Shown in pieces: positions 36,160 to 45,438 of a DNA stretch of 64,000 nt. Both the position numbers and the translations under genes were made by a program. Origin of the DNA: Microgenomates group bacterium Gr01-1014_5 (GTDB lineage Bacteria > Patescibacteriota > Microgenomatia > UBA8517 > UBA10165); the NCBI GenBank assembly GCA_007376395.1, contig VMGE01000001.1, positions 89,635-153,634 on the forward strand. Reading direction: 5' to 3'. Each line of letters begins with the position of its first letter. The stretch's first letter is position 1. The notes beneath the pieces were generated by a model that worked only from the letters and a program-made list of their open reading frames with translations, searched no databases and had not been told where the DNA came from.

Positions 36160-39055
36160 GTAATTCTTCGCCTTTTTTAATTGTTTGAATTAAAGTCCTC
36201 TTTTTCAATAGTTCTAATAGTTCTGGCTTCTCTGGCAACCATGGGGAGGTAACATTAATTTCTGCGTCCAAAGGCGTTCCCATTTTCTTTCTCTCCTCTT
36301 GGATTTGACGTGCCAAATCCCTAACTTTCCCTTCTTCCTCAAGCTCCGGAGTTAAAGTTGTATCAAGTTCAACTGTTATCTCGGCGCCTTCGGCGACTAA
36401 CCAGTTTATTTCTTTAACATTCAATTCATCTTTAATCAATTGAAGCAGATCATTTGATAACTTATTACTTGTTACTTGTATCTTGATACTTCCCAACGGT
36501 TGTCTCACCGGAATATTTACTTCTTTCCTTTCTGCATGTCCCAGGCTTACGACTTCCCTAACTATAGACATTTGTTTTACCAACTCATGATCTAGCAAAC
36601 TTTTATCACCGCGCGGATATTCCTGTAAATGTACCGATTCTTCACCAGTTAAATTGCGGAAAATTTCTTCAGAGATAAAAGGAGTGATTGGTGCCATGAT
36701 TTTCGTCAAAGTAACTAAAACTCCATACATCACTGATAAAAATACTTTTTCGTCTTCTTTATCAGCTCCTGCTCCTACCCTTCCCCGACATCTACGTATA
36801 TACCAAGTCGACAAGTCGGTAACAATAAATTCTTCTATAGCCGTCGAGGCCGTCGCTGAATCAAAATTATCCAAACTTTCATTAACTTTTAAAACTACTT
36901 CTGTCAATCTTGCCAATACCCAACGATCCAAAACAGTGAACTTCTCACGAACATTCTCCGACGTTTCATTACAATCCCAACCGGCTGTATTTGCATAATC
37001 AATAAAAAATTTATATGAATTCCAAAGGATTAAATAAAATCTGCGGCGCGTTTCTTCCGCCAGTTTGTACCCAAACAGCATGTTTGTCGCTGGATCTTGT
37101 TTGGCATACATCCAGCGCGTAACATCGACTCCCATTTTATCTGCACCTGTATTAAACTCTATAGAATTCCCCCAGGATTTGTGCATTGCCCGTCCGTCTT
37201 CTGCGAGTAGCGTAGCGAATCCTAAGACTGTTTTAAATGGTTCTTCTCCTGTCAAAACAGTACTCATCGCGATCATTGAGTAAAACCAGTTTTTAAACTG
37301 TCCGGGGAAACTTTCGGTGATAAAATCTGCAGGAAACCATTCTTTCCCCATTGTTGAGAAAGGTACAATTCCGGCGTCTAACCAGGGGTTTCCGACATCC
37401 GGAATACGGGACATTTCCCCTCCGCACTCGCATTTTAGTTTTATTTCATCAATATATGGCTTGTGCGGCGTGTTTCCTGCAAACCGGTCCCAACCCTTCT
37501 CTGATTTTTGTTTTAATTCTTCCCTGCTACCCATTACTTCAAACTTATCGCACTTATCACAAACCCAAATAGGCAAGGCTAACCCCCAATAACGTTTTTT
37601 GGAAATAAGCCAGTCGTGCATATTGTCCAGCCAGTCCAATTCCCGTTTTAAGCCAAACTCCGGAATCCAGTTTATTTTCTGAGCCACACTCTTCATCGGC
37701 TCGCGCAATGAATCCATGGCAATATACCATTCATCAACCACACGCCAAACGAGTTCTGTGTGACATCGCCAGCAAGCAGGATATCTGTGGGTAATTTTTT
37801 CTTGATAAAATAATGTTTCTTTGTCTTTTAGAAAATCAATTATTAATTCCGGATGGTCTTTAGCGTTTTTACCAGTAAAGTCTTCCATTCCGTCAAGATA
37901 ATTTGCTTCTTCGTCAATAACCTCAATAACTGGAAGATTATGTTTTTTGCCTAATTGAAAATCCTCTGTACCTGCGCCGGTTGCAACATGAACAAGGCCA
38001 GTTCCTTCTTCATCAGAAATTGGCAAAATAAGGTTATCTGTTGCAACAACCTGATGAGCGGCTCCACTCATAGCACCTTTCACTCTTGGTAAATAATCAA
38101 ATGGTGAGGAATATTTTATACCGACAAGGCTTGAACCTTTTATAACTTTTTTAGTCTTAAGCCTCATTCGGTCTGAGGCCGGTTTTGAAAGATAATAGCC
38201 TCTACCGTTATCCTCGACTAACACATAATCTTTTTCCGGGTCAACAGCAACAGCAACGTTTGCTGGAAGTGTCCAGGGAGTTGTTGTCCAAACCAGCAAA
38301 TATTCGCTTGCCCCTAACGAAGCCTTTGGCGAAGTGGGGTCGCTAACCAGGGGGTATTCAACATATACCGAGTCGTGGGTAACTTCTTTATAATCTTCTG
38401 TCAGCATTTCGTGTTGAGAAATAGCGGTTCCGCAACGCGGACACCAAGGAACCGAATCGTGCCCTTTATAAATTAACCCTCTTTCGTGGCATTTTTTAAG
38501 GAAGTGCCAAATCATGTAGTTGTTTTCCTCACTCATTGTGTAGTAAGAATTTTCCCAATCCATGAAGTAGCCTAGGCGTTTTGATTGCTCGGTTTGCATT
38601 GCAGAATATTTCACAACCCTGTCTTTACAAAGCTGCACAAATTTAGCAATAGAAGCTTTTGGATCCCCCGGAACTAAATTTTCAATATCTTTTTTACTCT
38701 TTAGACCTAATTCTTTTTCAACTTCCACTTCCACCCAAAGTCCCTGACAATCAAATCCGTTTTGGAAACGTTGGCAGTACCCTTGCATGTTTTTATACCT
38801 CTGCCAAAGGTCTTTGTAGGTTCTTCCCCAGGCGTGGTGTACTCCCATCGGGCCATTGGCTGTAATTGGCCCGTCTAAAAAAGAAAACTGTTTGCTTGAA
38901 GAGTTGTTTTTAGTAAGATATTTTTGGACAACACCGTTTTCGTTCCAATATTCTAAGAGCTCTTTTTCAAGAGCGACAAAATCCTGCTTCGGGTCAACCG
39001 ACTTAAACTTTGCCATGAACTGATTATACAGATTTTGATTAATTTCCGTCCACAA
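36143..39055 (-). CDS. ileS: isoleucyl-tRNA synthetase (class I, with editing domain and Zn-binding C-terminus)
   Basis: HIGH-region context FLDGPITANGPMGVHHAWGRTYKD..RY..MQGY, then ...GFDCQGLWVEVE (IleRS-like GWDCHGLP), KMSKS-like MHKSWGN and Cys clusters (CPRCGT, CWRCHT); 970 aa. ValRS is not fully excluded. Confidence 0.6.
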   Translation of the reverse strand: MWTEINQNLYNQFMAKFKSVDPKQDFVALEKELLEYWNENGVVQKYLTKNNSSSKQFSFLDGPITANGPMGVHHAWGRTYKDLWQRYKNMQGYCQRFQNGFDCQGLWVEVEVEKELGLKSKKDIENLVPGDPKASIAKFVQLCKDRVVKYSAMQTEQSKRLGYFMDWENSYYTMSEENNYMIWHFLKKCHERGLIYKGHDSVPWCPRCGTAISQHEMLTEDYKEVTHDSVYVEYPLVSDPTSPKASLGASEYLLVWTTTPWTLPANVAVAVDPEKDYVLVEDNGRGYYLSKPASDRMRLKTKKVIKGSSLVGIKYSSPFDYLPRVKGAMSGAAHQVVATDNLILPISDEEGTGLVHVATGAGTEDFQLGKKHNLPVIEVIDEEANYLDGMEDFTGKNAKDHPELIIDFLKDKETLFYQEKITHRYPACWRCHTELVWRVVDEWYIAMDSLREPMKSVAQKINWIPEFGLKRELDWLDNMHDWLISKKRYWGLALPIWVCDKCDKFEVMGSREELKQKSEKGWDRFAGNTPHKPYIDEIKLKCECGGEMSRIPDVGNPWLDAGIVPFSTMGKEWFPADFITESFPGQFKNWFYSMIAMSTVLTGEEPFKTVLGFATLLAEDGRAMHKSWGNSIEFNTGADKMGVDVTRWMYAKQDPATNMLFGYKLAEETRRRFYLILWNSYKFFIDYANTAGWDCNETSENVREKFTVLDRWVLARLTEVVLKVNESLDNFDSATASTAIEEFIVTDLSTWYIRRCRGRVGAGADKEDEKVFLSVMYGVLVTLTKIMAPITPFISEEIFRNLTGEESVHLQEYPRGDKSLLDHELVKQMSIVREVVSLGHAERKEVNIPVRQPLGSIKIQVTSNKLSNDLLQLIKDELNVKEINWLVAEGAEITVELDTTLTPELEEEGKVRDLARQIQEERKKMGTPLDAEINVTSPWLPEKPELLELLKKRTLIQTIKKGEELHVELA

Positions 39056-39527
39056 AATCTTTTACAGCTATTTGAGGCACATTACCAGAACTAAACCTGA
39101 ACTTGCCAAAAGGCTGGTTTAATTTGGAAACAGCTAAATCGCGGGCGTTCCAACTGTTTGCTAGATCAAAGGCATCCTCTATGATATCCTCTAAACCACT
39201 GGTAAAAATCGGTAGCCTCTCCATTCCCACCCATTCAAGTTTTACACCAGCCTGACGCGTAGGAATCTCAACTAATCCATTTATAGTTGCCCATATTTCC
39301 AAATGACTTTCCAATATTCGCACTTTAATAGAACGCATAAGGCGCTGACTTCCGTCAAATTCTATCCAGCCAAAACTAACTACCTTAACCCCATCGTCGT
39401 AGGTTTCCAGTGAAGGATAAATATCCCTTGCCTCTTCTCTTCCTTCCTTAAACCGGTTAAAAGCAGCCGTGATTACCTTATCTGTTTCTTCGATTGGTCT
39501 ACTTACTCTTCTTTCTGTGTCAGACAT
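39039..39527 (-). CDS. hypothetical protein (162 aa), between the Cas4-like nuclease and ileS
   Basis: ORF overlapping the ileS start by 17 nt. No motif recognised. Confidence 0.4.
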   Translation of the reverse strand: MSDTERRVSRPIEETDKVITAAFNRFKEGREEARDIYPSLETYDDGVKVVSFGWIEFDGSQRLMRSIKVRILESHLEIWATINGLVEIPTRQAGVKLEWVGMERLPIFTSGLEDIIEDAFDLANSWNARDLAVSKLNQPFGKFRFSSGNVPQIAVKDFVDGN

Positions 39528-39588
39528 ATGAAAAAACCAGCTCTTGGCTGGTTCATAGTTGAATTGTACACCTTGAAGCTAATTAGCG

Positions 39589-40479
39589 TCAAGGAAGGAT
39601 GAATAGATCCTGATTGGTATCACTCACCCCCACCAACTTTCCCTCTCCTCTTATCACTGCTTCAAACGGCAAACAGGCAAAACACCCGCTTTTTGGACAA
39701 TTCATTAAATTAAGCTGTCTGGCAAGTTTTACCCGCTTTGCGGCTTCCATGATTCTCTCTGTTGCCTCTCTTTCTTCCGGTAACGCAACAAGCGACGGTT
39801 CATTGTCTTTATCTAAATACCAATAACTCGCCTGTGACACGTTAAACTTTTGGCAATTCTTTGCCAAGAGAAAGTAAATTAAAAGCTGTAAAGAATTTTC
39901 ATCTTCTTCGTTCTTCCCGGTCTTAAAATCAACAATATGCACTGAATCATCTTTTTCTCTGTATTCCAGCCAGTCAATTTTGCCGCAAAGAATAATATTG
40001 TCAGCTTCAGAAAAAAGATAATAAGGAAGGTCAAAATTAGAAAGTCTATCTTTTTCTGTTCTTGGTTTTATTTTTACAGCTTTATTTAAGAGAATGCCCG
40101 GGTTTTCCGCAACTCTCGAAAGCATTTCCACCCCTCTTTGTTTATATCTATCTTCTTCTGCGCTGTCTTTAAATCCTCCTTTGATACCAGAAACTTTTTC
40201 CCAGGATTTTTCAAACTTTTCCAAAAGTGATACTTTAAACCTTTCTGCTTGAGGCAGAGCCGACAATCCCTCTATTACTTCGTGCACTACCTGTCCCAAG
40301 GCAAGTGGAGGGGTAACAATATTCATTTTACGGTTTGTCTGTTTGCTTTTGTATACGTTACGCAGGTAATAACAACGCGGACATTTCAAAAAATCTGAGA
40401 TTGAAGAATGCGATACCCAGACCGAGGGTTGAAATTGTGCAGCCATAAAGGAATTATACCAGCTTACTCGTAAAATCAA
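39589..40479 (-). CDS. PD-(D/E)xK nuclease with Cas4/AddB-type 4-Cys cluster (RecB-family exonuclease-like)
   Basis: N-terminal CPRC, QVVHEVIE, CGKIDWLEY...VHIVDFKTGK (D..DxK core), QLLIY and C-terminal CPKSGCFAC. Confidence 0.6.
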   Translation of the reverse strand: MILRVSWYNSFMAAQFQPSVWVSHSSISDFLKCPRCYYLRNVYKSKQTNRKMNIVTPPLALGQVVHEVIEGLSALPQAERFKVSLLEKFEKSWEKVSGIKGGFKDSAEEDRYKQRGVEMLSRVAENPGILLNKAVKIKPRTEKDRLSNFDLPYYLFSEADNIILCGKIDWLEYREKDDSVHIVDFKTGKNEEDENSLQLLIYFLLAKNCQKFNVSQASYWYLDKDNEPSLVALPEEREATERIMEAAKRVKLARQLNLMNCPKSGCFACLPFEAVIRGEGKLVGVSDTNQDLFILP

Positions 40480-40528
40480 TCAAAACCAGGATTTTTAACT
40501 TCTACTGTCAATTTGCTACAATTCGTTC

Positions 40529-40864
40529 ATGGTTCGGGAAACACACTATCGAGTACCGAGATATTTGACTACTTTGGAAGAGTTGTACAGCGCGGCTCTT
40601 GCCAACCTCGGACCAATGGACACAAAGTCTCTTGAAGAATTCCAAAAAGAGGCCGCTATAGTTGCAGATCTGGCTGGAATCTCTCGTTTCAGACTAGCTC
40701 TTGATTTAAGCTTTAAAGAGCCAGATTCTTTAGGTATCACCGAACAACCCCAAACAGTCACAGACTTTGAATGGAATCAACATCTTGAGGAAGTTGGAAG
40801 AAGAACCACGCATATGCCAAACGTCTTTGTCGTTGACACAACCAAATACACCCTACTTTTTTAA
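40529..40864 (+). CDS. hypothetical protein (111 aa)
   Basis: ORF only. Confidence 0.35.
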   Translation: MVRETHYRVPRYLTTLEELYSAALANLGPMDTKSLEEFQKEAAIVADLAGISRFRLALDLSFKEPDSLGITEQPQTVTDFEWNQHLEEVGRRTTHMPNVFVVDTTKYTLLF

Positions 40865-40888
40865 CCCACGATAATCCACACCTATCCT

Positions 40889-40920
40889 AGCACTCTTTTC
40901 GCTATAGCGAAAAGAGTGCT
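40889..40920. promoter_or_regulatory. perfect 14-bp-arm palindrome AGCACTCTTTTCGC-TATA-GCGAAAAGAGTGCT (3' side of the 40953..41531 gene)
   Basis: Read directly. Shares its core CTTTTCGC-N-ATA-GCGAAA with the palindrome at 41562..41593. Confidence 0.6.
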
Positions 40921-40952
40921 GAGCACAAATTGTTTGGTTGAATAGTAGAAAT

Positions 40953-41531
40953 TTATTTAAGTCCGAAATATTCTTTGTAGAGGTCTTCATTTTCAAGGTT
41001 GCCCATTGTTAGGTAAGTAACGTCCTCGTCGATATTGTAAATTTCTCTCAAAAATTCCATAATATCCGAGCATGGATACGGGTATAGATAGACGCTCTTC
41101 TGTAGTTTAAATAACCCAAGGTGTTTTAACGTGTTTCTTAAAGAGTCACTTGCGTTCTTTTTCTCTTTTGGGATATCGTAAACGATAATTCTCCATTTCC
41201 TGTCCCATTTATCAGGTTTCGGTATCTCGATATCTTCCAAATTATATTTTAGTAGTTTAGTTCTTCCTTTCTTTGTAATTTTGACCGCGAGTTTATCTCC
41301 ATCTTGATAAATCCTAATCACCTTTTGATTAGCTAGTTTCTTCAGTTTTTGACGCAATCTTGACTCATCGAACTCTTTCCACTCTTCCTCAAAGAGAAAG
41401 CTTTCCCAATCGATTCGTTTATTGCCTAAAATCTTTGGCAGTCCCGGAAGAAGTAGGCTGCCTCCAATAAATGCACCTACAACAGCGATTTTAAGTAATT
41501 GTTTTGTTGTTGGGTACTTTTTCTCCATCAA
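40953..41531 (-). CDS. hypothetical protein (192 aa): N-terminal TM helix, winged-helix-like segment, C-terminal Cas2/VapD-like motif
   Basis: TM helix IAVVGAFIGGSLLLPGL. Then KVIRIYQDGDKLAVKITKKGRTKL (wing-like). Then RIIVYDIPKEKKNASDSLRNTLKHLGLFKLQKSVYLYPY, matching the Cas2 pattern (h-VYDI...R..L...G.R.Q.SV). Fold assignment is tentative. Confidence 0.4.
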   Translation of the reverse strand: MMEKKYPTTKQLLKIAVVGAFIGGSLLLPGLPKILGNKRIDWESFLFEEEWKEFDESRLRQKLKKLANQKVIRIYQDGDKLAVKITKKGRTKLLKYNLEDIEIPKPDKWDRKWRIIVYDIPKEKKNASDSLRNTLKHLGLFKLQKSVYLYPYPCSDIMEFLREIYNIDEDVTYLTMGNLENEDLYKEYFGLK

Positions 41532-41561
41532 TATATATTATAACCTCTACTTTTTGATTTC

Positions 41562-41593
41562 AACACACTTTTCGCGATAGCGAAATGTGTGTT
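41562..41593. promoter_or_regulatory. near-perfect 14-bp-arm palindrome AACACACTTTTCGC-GATA-GCGAAATGTGTGTT, upstream of the promoter of the 40953..41531 gene
   Basis: One mismatch in the arms. A -10-like TATAAT (minus sense) lies between it and the ATG. Confidence 0.55.
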
Positions 41594-41673
41594 AATTTAA
41601 AATATCGGGTATCAAATACTGACGTATTGATGTAATACCAGAATTGATATAATTTAATTGATATAATGCAAAG

Positions 41674-41940
41674 ATGCTAAAAATTGAAAAGAAATGCTGG
41701 CCGGAGTATTTTCAAGCTATTCTTGACGGTAAAAAAACATACGAATTGCGTTTGAATGACTTTGAGGTTGAAACAGGAGATATACTGGTTTTGCGCGAAT
41801 GGAATCCGGTAACAAAAAAATACACTGGAAGAACACAGGAAAAAGTAGTAACCTACGTTGGCAAATTTAAGATTGACAAACTATTTTGGCCGAAAGAAGA
41901 AATCGAAAAACACGGCCTGCAAGTCATTTCTCTAAAATAA
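41674..41940 (+). CDS. small ASCH-superfamily (DUF3850-like) protein
   Basis: 88 aa. FQAILDGKKTYELRLNDF...GDILVLREW pattern. Confidence 0.4.
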   Translation: MLKIEKKCWPEYFQAILDGKKTYELRLNDFEVETGDILVLREWNPVTKKYTGRTQEKVVTYVGKFKIDKLFWPKEEIEKHGLQVISLK

Positions 41941-42098
41941 TCAAACAAGGGGTCTTACTTCAAGAGAAATCAACGGATGTGCCTTTCACCAATCCAGAGA
42001 ACTGCTTTATCGAGAAGACTTTTGACTTGTAGAGCCCTAGCGTGGTTTTGATATGTTATTAATTCCGCACCCTCTCCCGTCATGAAGTAATTATACTC

Positions 42099-43274
42099 TT
42101 ACCTGCCTTGTCTTAAAAAGGCTGGGATCTCGAACTTTTCGCCCCATTCGTCTTTACCGTTTTCGGTTTTTTCTTCTTCTTCATTTCCAATCTGCTGACT
42201 CACTTGCTGAGTTTGTACAGGCAGTGGAGAAGTGTCTGTTACTTCTCCAACTAAACCTTGGGGATGCTGTTCTTCTCTCTTGCGGGGAGGAGTAACCATT
42301 CGCCCCAAGCGCGAGCGCATCTCGTCAAAGCCCGTTGCCACAACAGTTATCCTTAATTGATCTGATAAACGCGGATTAACTGTTGCTCCAAAAATAATAT
42401 TGGCATCGGCGTCTGCTGTTTCTGAAATAATGCGTGCTGCCTCGTCAACCTCTGCCATGGTCATGTCCTCACCCCCGGCGATGTTGAAAAGCACACCCTT
42501 GGCGCCCTCTATAGAAAGCTCTAACAAAGGAGAGGAGATAGCGGCTCTAGCCGCCATTTGGGCACGGTTTTCACCAACCCCTGTACCTATTCCCAAGAGT
42601 GCGCTACCGGCATCTTTCATAATCGTCCTCACGTCGGCAAAGTCTACATTGATTAATCCCGGTGTGGTTATAATTTCAGAGATTCCCTCAACGCCTTGGG
42701 AAAGAACTGCGTCAACTACCTTAAAGGCGTCGACTAAAGTCATCTTGCGGTCGATTACGTCCATTAGACGCTGGTTTGGGATCACAATTAAGGCGTCTAC
42801 TTTGTCTTGCAGATTTTCTATCGCTTCTTCCGCAACCATCATCCGGCGCGCGCCTTCAAAAGCAAACGGCTTGGTCACAATAGCAACGGTAAGAGCTCCA
42901 ACTTCGCGTGCAACTTCGGCAACAATTGGAGTTGCCCCGGATCCTGTTCCCCCACCCATTCCAGCAGTTAAAAACACCATATCTGAATCAATTAAAAGTT
43001 CTTTAATGCGCTCACGCGATTCTTCTGCTGCTTGTTTGCCGATTTCTGCACTTCCTCCGACACCTAGCCCACGGGTTAGTTTTTCACCGATTTGCATTTT
43101 GGTATCCGAGAGGTTGTCGAGAAGTACTTGTGCGTCAGTATTGAGCGCGATAAACTCTACCGCATCAATTTTGCGCTCCTGAATCATGTGATTGGCGGCA
43201 TTTCCGCCGCCGCCGCCAACGGCAACAACTTTGATTTTTGCTAAGCGTGATGTATCAGGTTTTACAAGTGCCAT
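42099..43274 (-). CDS. ftsZ: cell division GTPase FtsZ
   Basis: AVGGGGGNAANHM and tubulin signature GGGTGSGA; 391 aa. Confidence 0.95.
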   Translation of the reverse strand: MALVKPDTSRLAKIKVVAVGGGGGNAANHMIQERKIDAVEFIALNTDAQVLLDNLSDTKMQIGEKLTRGLGVGGSAEIGKQAAEESRERIKELLIDSDMVFLTAGMGGGTGSGATPIVAEVAREVGALTVAIVTKPFAFEGARRMMVAEEAIENLQDKVDALIVIPNQRLMDVIDRKMTLVDAFKVVDAVLSQGVEGISEIITTPGLINVDFADVRTIMKDAGSALLGIGTGVGENRAQMAARAAISSPLLELSIEGAKGVLFNIAGGEDMTMAEVDEAARIISETADADANIIFGATVNPRLSDQLRITVVATGFDEMRSRLGRMVTPPRKREEQHPQGLVGEVTDTSPLPVQTQQVSQQIGNEEEEKTENGKDEWGEKFEIPAFLRQGR

Positions 43275-43424
43275 ATGGTTAGGAGGTAGGTTTTAGGAAT
43301 TAGGGTTTAGTATTAAACTATACCCTAAAGACCCTGTTCGCTAAAAAACTGGGGCAGTACAGCGTTTTGCCAATTGTAACATCGACAAGAGAAAATGCAA
43401 GACCTATTGAACAGGGCAAGAGGG

Positions 43425-44702
43425 TTACGGCAGCAATTTCTTAAAGATTTCGCCTACTTTGTCAATTAACCCGCGTCCTGGAATGTCGGAAAATTTAGGA
43501 ATAAAACCGCCAGGCGACCAACCAGATTCTTCTCTCTTTTGTTCTTTTGCCCCATATAGTAAAAGACCAACAGCTCCGGCATACACCGGGCTTTCTATCT
43601 CGTCTGTCAACCCCGTGACGCCAACCGGCTTACCAACCCGCGCAGGGAGCGACAACACACGGCGCGCCGATTCCAAAGTTCCGGCACAAAGCGCTCCGCC
43701 ACCGGTAATAACAATTCCCGAAGGAACTCTCCCTATAATGTTTTTATTCGAGAGCTCCATAGCCACCATGGCAAAAATCTCGTTCATGCGCGGCTTAATA
43801 ATTCCATCAGCCAGTGTCTTTTTGGAGACTTTCTTTTCTTCCTCTTCAATTCCCAATATTCCTAAGTTGATTGTATCTGCCTCTTCTCCTTCCGTCTTTT
43901 TCATTCTTCCGTCGTCGGAGAGTGAAGTTTTAATTTTTTCGGCAGAGTCTAAAGAAACACGAAGACCCGCGGCAATGTCGTTGGTTACATTACGTCCGCC
44001 GATAGGCAAAACAGAAGAAAAAGCAATCGCTCCTTCGATATAAGCGGTTATTGAAGTCGTCCCTCCCCCAATATCCACCAAAACAACACCCAATTCCTTG
44101 TCGGTTTCGGAAAGTACAGAAAAGCTTGAGGCCAATCCCGAAAAGACCAAGGCTTCTGGAGTAATACCGACTTCTGAAACACATTTAAATATGTTTTTGG
44201 CGGCAGATGTTGAACCGGTAATCAAATGAGTTTCTACCTCTAGTCTTACTCCGCTCATTCCTTCAGGGTCTTTAACCAGCGTTTCTCCGTCAACTTTGTA
44301 TTCGCGGGGTAATACATGCAAGATTTCGCGCGCCTCGGGCAGTGAGATAGCGCGTGCGGCCTCAATCACCCGTTCAACGTCGTGGGCTGTGATTTCTCCG
44401 GATGGGTCGGCAACTGCAACGACTCCGTGCGAGTTGCGCGATTCGATATGCGCCCCACCTATCGAAACAAATGCACGGTCCAGCGAGTAGCCAGCCATGC
44501 GCTCTGCCGACTCAACAGAAGATACGACCGACTCTGCCGCTTCTTCGATATCGACAATTTGACCTTTTCTTACGCCGCGCGAAGGAATTGAGGAAACCCC
44601 AACCACCGAAAGCTTACCTTCTTCTTCATTGTATTGGGCAATGAGGGTAGCAACTTTTGAAGAACCGATGTCAATTCCCGCTAGAACTTTAGACTTCGCC
44701 AT
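43425..44702 (-). CDS. ftsA: cell division protein FtsA
   Basis: Actin-fold ATPase (GIDIGSSKV..., DIGGGTT); 425 aa. Directly upstream of ftsZ. Confidence 0.9.
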   Translation of the reverse strand: MAKSKVLAGIDIGSSKVATLIAQYNEEEGKLSVVGVSSIPSRGVRKGQIVDIEEAAESVVSSVESAERMAGYSLDRAFVSIGGAHIESRNSHGVVAVADPSGEITAHDVERVIEAARAISLPEAREILHVLPREYKVDGETLVKDPEGMSGVRLEVETHLITGSTSAAKNIFKCVSEVGITPEALVFSGLASSFSVLSETDKELGVVLVDIGGGTTSITAYIEGAIAFSSVLPIGGRNVTNDIAAGLRVSLDSAEKIKTSLSDDGRMKKTEGEEADTINLGILGIEEEEKKVSKKTLADGIIKPRMNEIFAMVAMELSNKNIIGRVPSGIVITGGGALCAGTLESARRVLSLPARVGKPVGVTGLTDEIESPVYAGAVGLLLYGAKEQKREESGWSPGGFIPKFSDIPGRGLIDKVGEIFKKLLP

Positions 44703-45438
44703 ATTTTAATATTGGTTTACTATACCGCAAATCTATCAGTTTGGGCAATTTGCCTTCAATTCTACTTCGCGTCAAGATTAATTGTAAAGCACCAACAAGG
44801 GCTTGAGGGTCACGAGATAGCGGAAAATAGACAGTTATAGCGTCTCCGGTTTGCACAACAAGCTTTTTATCTTCCACTTTTGCCTGTCTAATATTATCTG
44901 CTTTGAAAACTAAGTGAAATATTTTAGCCGCTTGTAAGTTTTCTTCATTTAGCCTTTGCCCAACTTCGAGCTTTCCGTCTATTATAGTCAAAATAGGTAA
45001 AAAGGATTCAGCTACTCTGTCTATTACTTCCCCATCAATGTCCACCAAATACAAGTCTTGTCTTTCGGATAATTTTATAACAACTATCGCCTTCCGTTTT
45101 TCAATAGAGACGGAAAGAGTGCCAGGGAAGACCTTTTCCACATAAACTGTCCGGTTTAAAAATGTCTTTTTTAAACTTTCAGCCAGGGTTTGGGTGTTAT
45201 AGAAAAAGAAATTTTCTCCCAGGGGTGCCGTGAATTGTTCTTCGTCCAGTTTACTACACGGACCGTATTGAGTCTTACAATGGATGTTTTTAATCGCAAA
45301 AAGTGAGCTTTGTAAAAAAACAACAAAGAGAAAGCAAAGGATTAAAAAACCCAAAACCCAGACGATCTTGCTCTTTAGAAAATTTTGGGCAAAATCCGCC
45401 AGTTTAATTCCGATTCCTGCTTTTCTTACAAAACGCAT
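44689..45438 (-). CDS. ftsQ: FtsQ/DivIB-like cell division protein
   Basis: 249 aa. N-terminal TM, POTRA-like and beta domains. Position between murG and ftsA. Confidence 0.6.
   Translation of the reverse strand: MRFVRKAGIGIKLADFAQNFLKSKIVWVLGFLILCFLFVVFLQSSLFAIKNIHCKTQYGPCSKLDEEQFTAPLGENFFFYNTQTLAESLKKTFLNRTVYVEKVFPGTLSVSIEKRKAIVVIKLSERQDLYLVDIDGEVIDRVAESFLPILTIIDGKLEVGQRLNEENLQAAKIFHLVFKADNIRQAKVEDKKLVVQTGDAITVYFPLSRDPQALVGALQLILTRSRIEGKLPKLIDLRYSKPILKYGEV

Noticed and set aside
39589-41531. Cas4-like nuclease plus Cas2-like protein as a degenerate CRISPR-cas locus
   Set aside because: There is no Cas1 and no array. The two genes are separated by an unrelated plus-strand ORF. The Cas2 resemblance is a short motif only. 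It is better treated as two independent observations.
41941-42098. 158-nt spacer downstream of ftsZ as a small RNA gene
   Set aside because: Only weak, imperfect complementarity was found. There is no terminator or promoter signal convincing enough to call it.
42400-43182. 260-aa plus-strand ORF (and similar long antisense ORFs at 43459-44043 and 49420-49917)
   Set aside because: These are antisense shadows inside the highly conserved ftsZ, ftsA and murA genes. The low-complexity A/S/P/T-rich translations are typical of antisense frames.
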